In this document: in pieces, positions 12,086 through 20,000 of the stretch
Numbering within the stretch: position 1 is the stretch's first letter
Layout: the number at the start of each line of letters is the position of its first letter
NCBI GenBank assembly: GCA_000165425.1
Contig: CT868079.1
Location: 52,532-72,531, forward strand
Direction of reading: 5' to 3'
Origin: Paramecium tetraurelia
Lineage: Eukaryota
DNA: 20,000 bases
Made by a program: the position numbers and the translations under genes
The notes under the pieces: generated by a model
Database searches by the model: none
The model's input: the letters and a program-made list of their open reading frames with translations, nothing else
What the model was told of the DNA's origin: nothing

Positions 12086-13107
12086 ATGGAAAAGCAATTA
12101 TTAGCTTTACTCACAGTGACTCTGTTGACATCAGCAGCCTATTTCATGAATGGCAAAGACGAAAGTCTTACACTTGAAGGACAATTCTCATCCTGGAAAT
12201 AATTACATGGAAAGAGATACTCTGACTTTGAAGAAGTTCATAGATTCTCAGTGTTTGCCTAAAATTTAGCTGTCGTTATGGAACATAACTCCAAATTTGA
12301 ACTTGGATAAGAAACATTCACATTAGGAATGAACTAATATGCTGATCTTACCCCTGAAGAATTCCAAGCCTCATTCCTTACTCTTAAAACAAAAGTCTAA
12401 GACAGAAAGAATGTCAAGAGTTATTCCGGATTAAGTTTCCCAGATACAGTTGATTGGAAGGATGGTTTGACAGTCAAGAATCAAGGTAGCTGTGGTTCAT
12501 GCTGGGCCTTCGCAGCTGCTGCCGCTATTGAAGCTGGTTTCCAACACCACAAAAAGAATAAGGTTAACATTTCTGAATAAGAATTTGTTGATTGCACCAC
12601 AGAAAAACTCGGATATGAAAGTCAAGGATGTAATGGTGGTTGGATGGATGATGCCTTCGATTACACTGTTAACTATGGTGTTACCACAGAAGAAGAATAT
12701 CCATACAAGGGAGTCGATTAACCATGCCCATCAGGATTCAAAAAAAAGCACTTCATTTCATCATTTGTTGATGTTGAACCATTGAGCTCAGATGCTCTTC
12801 ATGAGGCAATTGCCAAGACTCCAGTCGCGTAATATCTATATTCTATATTTTTAGTGTTGCTATCAAAGCCGACGGTATCTTATTCCAACTCTACAGCGGT
12901 GGTGTCTATTCCAGATCTTGCACAGCCAAGACTATTGATGACTTGAACCACGGTGTTTTGGCTGTTGGTTATGCCAAAGATTCTTATACTATCAAGAACT
13001 CTTGGGGAGCCAGTTGGGGAGAAAAGGGTTACATGAGATTAGGTCTTGTTGCCGCCAAAGAAGGACAATGTGGTATTCATTGGGTTCCATCATATCCAGT
13101 CCTTTGA
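12086..13107 (+). CDS. Cathepsin L-like papain-family (C1A) cysteine protease, preproenzyme
   Basis: Signal peptide [19 protein letters not shown]29 propeptide with ERFNIN-type [20 protein letters not shown] and GMNQYAD; catalytic [10 protein letters not shown] (Cys 12500-12502), [15 protein letters not shown] and IKNSWG. Single intron 12829-12854. Stop TGA 13105-13107. Confidence 0.96.
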
Positions 13108-13162
13108 GATTATTCATAATACATAATACACACTCAAAATATTTAGTTTAATTTATATTCAA

Positions 13163-13804
13163 ATGCCACCTAAAAACAAAGGATTAAGCGCAAACTAAAA
13201 AAGGGATAGAATTATGAAGATCTTCACAGAACGCAAAGAAGTTTTTAGTTATCCCTAACTAGAAAAAGAAGCTGATAAAGTAGGCATCAGAAGGGATAAT
13301 CTCAAAGAAATATTAGAAAGTCTTTTATCAGACAATCTTGTTGAAACTGAAAATCTAGGTACTAGTAAATGCTATTGGTCATTGCCAAGCCAAGCATTGA
13401 TACGCCTCTAATAAAAATGCGCTGAATACACAGAAAAAATCGATTAGGAAAGACAAAAGGAAATTGAAATTGAAGCACAATTTGAGTCCATGAAAGAAGG
13501 CAGAGAAAATTGTTAATAAAGAACTGATCTTGAAAATGAAATCAATTAATATCGATAACAGTATTAGGTTCTCCTTAAGAATTTTGAACTTAAACAAAAA
13601 AATGATCCTGAAAGACTCTAAAAGCTAAGTAATCTATTTTCCATATAATTAACTTTAGAAAAGGATACTGTCAATTTAAGATACGATGCCAATTCATGGA
13701 CAGATGATATCATTTAGTTATCATTCTATCTTAAGTCCCAAGCAGGAATGAGTTCAGAATAATTAGACCAATTGGGAATACCTGCTGATATTGATAACAT
13801 TTGA
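13163..13804 (+). CDS. MND1: Meiotic nuclear division protein 1 (Hop2-Mnd1 complex)
   Basis: MPPKNKGLSANQKRDRIMKIF..KEVFSYPQLEK...LESLLSDNLVETENLGTSKCYWSLPS, a coiled coil, NDPE, DANSWTDDI and C-terminal LGIPADID match the Mnd1 pattern. Probable intron 13629-13658. Stop TGA 13802-13804. Confidence 0.92.
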
Positions 13805-13919
13805 ATGTATTTTGTTATTTTTATGAATTTCTATAAAAATGAGATTGATTTTCTAACAGAAAGCCATTATTTCAATTATAAGAATGTAAATTCATATGCT
13901 TAATTTTTTTTTATAATTT

Positions 13920-14456
13920 ATGTATAAATTTTGTTCTAGTTCAGATAATAAATCATCAGAAAGTAAAAATGTTAATTAAGTTCTTGCTACTCAAAAAGAG
14001 AATTTGGATACCAATTTAGATAATCTTTTTACTTTACTTGATATCATCGATGATTAGTTGGATGCCAATTTTATATAAAAACAACAGCAGAATCAAGAAA
14101 GTGCACAAAGTCAAGCAAATTAAAATGAATTATAATACTAGCAAGAATTGGAAGGAATTAATACAAAATTATAAAGAATTATATTGGACTTAAAGGCAGC
14201 AGAATAAAACTAGATTTTTGAAAAGCAAGAAGAAATGGTCAAAAAATTTGAAGAATTAAAGAAGTTTGCAAAAGAACAATATTTAAAAATATTGCTAAAA
14301 ACCCCCAAAATTTTGAAAGACAATAATTTTGTGTTAACAAGGGAAATTCTTGAGAAGGTACCTACAGATACCTTAATTGATTTGCAAGAGCAGTTAATTT
14401 AACTTGAGAAATGGTAAGAAATTGTTAATTTTTATCAATCTAATTAAATAATGTGA
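13920..14456 (+). CDS. Hypothetical coiled-coil protein (178 aa)
   Basis: Uninterrupted ciliate-code ORF MYKFCSSSDNKSSES...LDNLFTLLDIIDDQLD...QLEKWQEIVNFYQSNQIM*. Confidence 0.65.
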
Positions 14457-14483
14457 ATGTAGATATATAAATTTATATAGTAT

Positions 14484-15066
14484 TCATGATTTAGCCATTG
14501 ATATTTATTTTTGTAACGATCCCTGGCTTCATATTTCTACTTTCTTTGCCTAAAGAAAAACATGGTTTAGTAAACCAATTAGATTTTATTTACACTCCAA
14601 TTGATCCCCTTAAATTAAATAATTGAGAATACTTTGGATAATAAGTTTAATTCCTCTCAATACTCTTAAATTGTTTATTTTTCTCTCCTTAAGTAAAATC
14701 GACTCTGGGCTAGCTTTAGTGAGTAATATCCACTGATTTTTTTTCTCATAAGCTCAAGGACCAATTAAATCAGGATTAAACCTTGAAATGATTTAGAAAT
14801 AGGTCTTCTGGGAACTATTGTATATTAAGGTCCTTTTGATTCAATAAAATTGTCATATTGATCAGGATCAGAAACTTTATTTTTATAATCTATTTTGAAA
14901 CATTAAGCAAGCGCAATTTTAATGATAGTTGAATTCATTTTTCTAAAGTCATTGGCTTTTGAGGTTCAAACTATAATTTTTTTTTGTTATATGTCTACAA
15001 ATCTATCCTGTCATGTGTAGTAATCATACTATGTTGATAAAATTATAACCTATCTCTTGCTTTCAT
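14484..15066 (-). pseudogene. Probable degenerate PG-rich repeat (SHIPPO/ODF3-like) gene remnant
   Basis: Fragments VSDPDQYDNFIESKGPQYTIVPRRP, LIGP*AYEK (TGA at 14754-14756) and KPCFSLGKESR resemble PGPGxY...PxYT/FS repeats but are split across frames and contain stops. Confidence 0.4.
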
Positions 15067-15559
15067 TATTCCATTTATATCATTTTTGGATTTGAGATCA
15101 AAAATTTTTAAATTTTCAAAGCGTTCAAATAAACTATTGTATCGCAATATTCATCATTTCTATTATTAAGAACCTATTATTACTGAAGTTTTTGAATGTA
15201 TGAATATTTACCCGAAAGTTAAGAATGAAATTCCTATTTTTTTTTAAATGAATCAATTTGAAAACAGTAGCTTGATAAATAATTCTTTTATGAAATATTA
15301 CTATTCAATAATAAAATGAAGGTCAGATTATGTTAAGGAAACAAATATATCAATTGTTTCCTTTATAATCTACTTCTTCCTTAAGATAATTAAGCTAGAA
15401 ATATTAATCTAAGTATATTGATAATTAATCAGGCTTGTTGCAAAATTAAGAGTAGATTTTATATTTATAATTTATATATTGAAATTACTTAAAAGAATCT
15501 TTAAATCTTTATTTGGTGATATTTAATTGTATAAATTCAATATTGATTTACACAATTCA

Positions 15560-17702
15560 TCAATCCTAAAGATTCTTACGAATTTTTCTCAGAAATTCAT
15601 TTAGATTTTTTTTGTCTCTAAAGTAATCAATTAAGGCTTTAACTTGGTTTACAGGCATTATTGCTTAAGCTAGTTGATTTTATAATAATAAAATTTGCAC
15701 CTAGGATTCCAATAATTTAACTTTGTCATCTTAAGATTTTTTTTATAAATCTTCTAATTCTGTCTTTAAACTATAATTTTATTTTAAAATATCGATTTGA
15801 CTTTTCAAATCTGCATTATCTTTATTTAATTCAGTTATTTGATTTTTGTTCTCTATTATTTGAATATTTAACATCTCTGCAATTTTTTCAAGCTTTTAAT
15901 CCTAACTTTATTATTACACTTAAATTTTCTCTTAATCAGTATTAATTTTATTTTTGTATTCCTTCCATTAATCAATAATAGTGGTAAAATCAATTGACAT
16001 ATTCTTATATTCCTACTCTCTTTTAATATAAGATTCATTTTACTGTAATTAATTTTAACGTAGAGTATTTATTTAATCTTAAAGATTTTGTTTTACTTCA
16101 CCAAGTTAAGTTTAAAATGTTTTTACTGATAAAGAATTTTAAACTGAGATTTCCTTTTTTAATACTTCATTTGTTTCTTCTAATTTGCTTATTTTTTGGT
16201 TTTATTATTTTAAACACTTGTAAATTCGTTCTTCTAAATCGGAAACTTTTTTCTCATATTATGACAATCTAGTGTCAATATTTTTTAATTTCTCATCAAA
16301 GATATTTTTCTAATCACTATTATTTTTGGTTATTTATTATTGAAAAGTGTTAAGATTCAAGTTAAATTTCTTTGACTCATCTTAATTTTTTTATTATTCC
16401 TGAATTTACTTGTCTTTCTCCACTTATTATTGCTAAATTATACATATTATATTTTAGTTTAAACTTTCAATTTGACTCTATATTTCTTTTAGTTTACTTG
16501 TTTGGGACATTTGGTAGAGATAATTATTATTCTAAATTATTGTTAATTTGTAAAATTTATTACTTCGTCTTTCTCCACTTATTATTGCTAAATTATACAT
16601 ATTATATTTTAGTTTAAACTTTCAATTTGACTCTATATTTCTTTTAGTTTACTTTCTGCTACACTTGGCAGAGATAATTATTATTCTANNNNNNNNNNNN
16701 NNNNNNNNNNNNNNNNNNNNNNNNNNNNNNNNNNNNNNNNNNNNNNNNNNNNNNNNNNNNNNNNNNNNNNNNNNNNNNNNNNNNNNNNNNNNNNNNNNNN
16801 NNNNNNNNNNNNNNNNNNNNNNNNNNNNNNNNNNNNNNTAAGTCATCATTTCAATTAAGATGTCTTTTACTCTTTTTTCAGTTTATAATTAATTTGTGTG
16901 GTGGTTTTTTTTTTGAGGTTAATGTTTATGATTCTTAATTCCTGTAGTGATTTCATCATAAGTTTAACCTGAAATTATAATTGTGTTTGGGGGCATCAAG
17001 CAATGCTTAACCTGATAATACTTCATAAAAGACGCAGCCTAATGACCATATGTCAACTTTTTCTGTATATGAGCTGCTATTCTCTAAAATTTCAGGTGCT
17101 TGAGAGATCACATTACCTACTTATTATGTTTTTTTTTGAGAGAATGAACTCCGAATCAAACCAAAATCAATAAGTTTAAAAATCTCTCCTACCGTAATGA
17201 AATTTTCAGGTTTAATATCTCTATGTATTAATTTCTATTAATGTAAAAAGTATAATGGGTAGCAAATCTATCATTATATTTATTAAAATATTACTTCAAA
17301 ACAAATTTTTACTCTTTCTTCCATTTATAAATCCGTTTTCATAGTAATATAATCAAACAAGGATTAACCACCAACTTCCATTAAAACACAATTATTTTCT
17401 TTCCATTCAAAACACTCGAATACTCTGATTAAATTGCTTGGTAAGTATTGTTTATTATTTCCACTTTCATACTAATCTTAGTATATTATTAATTTATTTA
17501 GAAAATCCTTCTCATTCGCTTTCATATTCTTTTGTATTTTAATTACAACGTTTTAAGGATTTTTGCCCCAATTCTTGGCAATAGCAAGAAATGCTCCACC
17601 TTCAGAGCCAAAAGCGAGTAGTTCTGTTAAATGAAAGCTCCTTTTAGGATATTCTTTCGTAGCATTTTCTATAAGTGAATTTACAAATTATTTGTAAATC
17701 AT
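15560..17702 (-). CDS. Ser/Thr protein kinase with long C-terminal coiled coil; spans an assembly gap and may be disrupted
   Basis: ATG 17702; LLAFGSEGGAF (G-loop), VVIK, LMEVGGQSL, HRDIKPEN, KLIDFG, QAPE and VDIWSLGCVFYE. Intron 17268-17294 contains an in-frame TGA. Frame break at 16969-17011, N gap 16689-16838, probable intron 16532-16563, then a coiled-coil frame to TGA 15560-15562. Joining across the gap is inferred. Confidence 0.75.
16412..16688. repeat. Tandem direct duplication, two ~120-nt copies, period 155 nt
   Basis: 16412-16534 and 16567-16688 are identical over ~86 nt (gtctttctccacttattattgc...tagtttact) and diverge in a ~17-nt block before the shared agagataattattattcta. Confidence 0.9.
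16689..16838. other. Assembly gap (150 N)
   Basis: Run of N. Confidence 1.
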
Positions 17703-17849
17703 TCTATTTCTATTAAAAATAATATGCTAAATGATAAAAATAAATGCTTTAAAAAGATGTTAATAAAAATTAAATTATTTTTTATTAAAACCCAAAAATG
17801 AAATGTAAAATTCATATGAGGTCAAGTAGACTCAAAATTCATTGATTTT

Positions 17850-18183
17850 AGAATGGTCTTCTTTAGAATATCTTTAGATGCCACGAATTTTTCTACCTTG
17901 TTCTAGAAAGAAATAATGCTGTTGAGTCAATAGATAAGCTTTGAGATCTCAAAACAGAATTGCCAATATTTAGATTGCTGCAGATAAAAATAATAGCAAA
18001 ACAAGATCAAAGTATTGCAAGGCAGGTGGAATCTTCAATTCAAGTATAAATATAAATAAAATTAGGCAGAATCTTAATTGCTATTAAGAACTGCTGGAGT
18101 TAAACAAATTCAAAAGGTTGAAACCTTTAAGATAAGTTAACCTGGTTTCGTACGATGGACTCTTCGGCCCAGGTTGGATAAAA
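17850..18183 (+). pseudogene. Unidentified coding-like fragment
   Basis: Higher GC than its flanks, an intron-like segment at 18044-18065 and a TGA-free frame running into the gap. No recognisable motif. Confidence 0.3.
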
Positions 18184-18197
18184 NNNNNNNNNNNNNN
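18184..18197. other. Assembly gap (14 N)
   Basis: Run of N. Confidence 1.
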
Positions 18198-18770
18198 TAA
18201 ATTCTAATAAAGATTAAATTGTTCTATTTAATTGAAGCATCGATCTTTGAGAGTTATGAAATAATTAATTCTATATATTAAAGAATTTGTACAAGATAAT
18301 CTAACATTTTCATTAGTATTCATGTACTCCGAACAACCCAATTTAAAAATTATGCCTTTCTCCTATTTAAAGAAGAAATTACATTATCAGCAAAATTTGG
18401 ATAATGATTATTAGTAATTTAATGATTCATATGTCAGGATATTATACGATAGCTATTCGTTCCATTATGGTATCTGTATATCATAACCCCTGATAAAAAT
18501 TGATTACAGTATTTTTTAAGTCTATCAATATTTTTCTGATGATTTTTTAGTAATCATAAGTTAATAATGAAAAAAAATTATTTATTAAATAATTAGAATA
18601 TTGTTAAATTAATAACTAAAAAAAGTGATGAAAATCACCTCTGGAGGTTGTATAATTTTATTCTTACCCACTAATTGGGTAATTGATGAATTCATTAATC
18701 TTCAGAATAAACAGAATAAATAATCTTTGGATGATTCATTTTTTGAATGTGGTAATAATAATAATAATAC

Positions 18771-19636
18771 ATGTTAAAAGTAGCAGTCTGCACCTTGTTC
18801 GTTCTTAGTATTACAGCAATTGATATCTACACTTCAGTACACAACTAAAAAATGTTTGCTCAAATCAAATAATCAAGATGGGGAAGCTTTATCTTGAATT
18901 TTGGTAAGTTCCATTTGTAAATAGGCGGTATCCTCAACACAAAAATTGCCAAATTTGTATGATTATGTATTTATTTAGATTGATGAATTGGATGAGGAAT
19001 TAGCAGAAGTTCATCATTAATATGCAAGAAGAACAGATGTCCACAATAGAGAAGTAGGAAGACTTTAATAAGAAATCTAAGATAAAGAAAGAGGTAATTA
19101 CATCTATAAATCATCATTCGATGAGTTCAACGCTCACAATTTCTATAATAATGTCCTTATCCCAAAAAGAGATAGAATTGCTGCCCAACTGGAATAATTA
19201 TAAGAAAACATTGATTAAAACAGAAGAACCCTTAATGAGGTAACAGTCTAAAGAGCCAATGATCATACTGATTTTGAAGCTAAGGTTCTGAACAAAATGA
19301 AGCCATCAGTGCTATTGATGAATCACTTAGTTTACTCAATCAATTATCATCACCTTCACTAATTAAATCTAAAAGTTTAGACGAATTTATCAAAATCTAA
19401 TAAACCCTCAATAGATCCAGCACTTTCTAAAAATTCATCAAGATTTTTATTGAAATCCCTATAGAAGCTAACTTTGACGATTAATGAGCTCTTAAAGAAG
19501 TAATTAATGATAAAGATTTATTAAAGATCCTCGTTGCATTCAACAACTTGAGAGTTTAATTTAGTTGATTCACCTAACAAAATCACAGACGATGAAGCTG
19601 GATAATAAAAAGATTTCAAAGGAAGAGTTATTCAAA
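18771..19636 (+). pseudogene. Trichocyst matrix protein (T1 family) pseudogene, 3'-truncated
   Basis: MLKVAVCTLFVLSITAID...QIKQSRWGSFILNFG, intron 18957-18978, then [38 protein letters not shown]...NVLIPKRDRIAAQLEQLQENI, which I recognise as T1 trichocyst matrix protein. Frameshifts from ~19288 onward; homology ends at ...KDFKGRVIQ. Confidence 0.88.
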
Positions 19637-20000
19637 TTTATTTATTTATAAGATCATTTGTGGAAAGGCCTCGGTTACTTTTATTTCTTTTGAGGCTTTT
19701 CCGATTTTTCCTCTTGAATCTTTCCCTATTATTGTAGAGTGCGCCGCCATTGTTCAAGAATGAGCGCATCTATTTATTCCTCAGTAAATTACAACATGAC
19801 TACCTAGCCGCATTCTTTGTCAAGAACAGCTTTAAATGCTAGAACTTGGTCTCTGCTAGGATCCAGATGGCATGAAGGAAGAGGTGGGAGAGCTACAGGA
19901 GTAAGTCCTGGATACTAAGTTTGGTCAGGCTTAGTATGAGATCTTGAAAGATTAGTCAACGGTGTCAAGAGACGACCCCGTGTTTTGCGGTAGGCTCGAA
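19637..20000 (-). mobile_element. 3' end of a GC-rich inserted element (putative non-LTR retroelement) with ORF ending at 19654 and (TAAA)3 tail
   Basis: Minus-strand frame 19998-19654 is open for 114 codons (RAYRKTRGRLLTPLTNLSR...EQWRRTLQQQGKIQEEKSEKPQKKQKQPRPFHK*). It is followed 5 nt later by TAAA x3 (19648-19637), which abuts the trichocyst pseudogene. GC and CpG content rise abruptly. No RT or endonuclease motif is visible in the window. Confidence 0.55.

Noticed and set aside
13823..13919. Upstream ATG at 13823 as the start of the 13920 gene
   Set aside because: It is out of frame with the main ORF and there is no plausible 20-35 nt intron to join them.
1721..16617. Supplied ORFs 1721-1903, 3454-3744, 4039-4257, 5229-5417, 8551-8733, 12492-12785, 13379-13597 and 16372-16617
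   Set aside because: They are antisense or off-frame shadows of real ciliate-code genes and show no motifs.
16412..16688. Direct repeats as a CRISPR array or LTR pair
   Set aside because: Only two ~120-nt copies, inside a eukaryotic coding region, with no spacer architecture or retroelement genes.
16649..16849. ORF containing a run of X
   Set aside because: Artefact of translating through the N gap.
19665..19700. AAAGGCCTC..GAGGCTTTT hairpin as a terminator
   Set aside because: Imperfect stem inside the minus-strand ORF of a eukaryotic sequence.
1..20000. Frequent in-frame TAA/TAG read as mass pseudogenisation or a novel recoding system
   Set aside because: They fall at Gln positions of conserved proteins and all genes end in TGA. 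This is the known ciliate nuclear code (table 6).
19700..20000. Plus-strand reading (..QEQLQMLELGLCQDPDGMKEEVGELQEQ..) or bacterial contamination
   Set aside because: The plus frame has TGA stops at 19761 and 19797, while the minus frame is fully open only under the ciliate code, which argues against both.

Overview
Eukaryotic, very AT-rich DNA from a ciliate, almost certainly Paramecium. Every gene reads only with TAA/TAG = Gln and TGA = stop, introns are 22-32 nt GT..AG, intergenic spacers are often under 200 nt, and a trichocyst matrix protein sequence is present. The supplied standard-code ORF track is therefore mostly fragments or antisense noise. The left ~14.5 kb is gene-dense. It holds a 5'-truncated soluble-adenylyl-cyclase-like STAND protein with PH and SH3-like domains, a long coiled-coil protein, a small hypothetical protein, SAC1, a PAQR/adiponectin-receptor pseudogene, a cathepsin L-like protease, MND1 and a small coiled-coil protein. 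The right ~5.5 kb is degraded and gapped. It holds a probable PG-repeat pseudogene, a kinase-coiled-coil gene with an internal duplication and a 43-nt frame-disrupting segment, and a T1-type trichocyst matrix protein pseudogene. That pseudogene is cut off by a GC-rich antisense ORF ending in a (TAAA)3 tail, the best candidate for a retroelement insertion. All translations and splice sites were derived by hand; no database searches were run.
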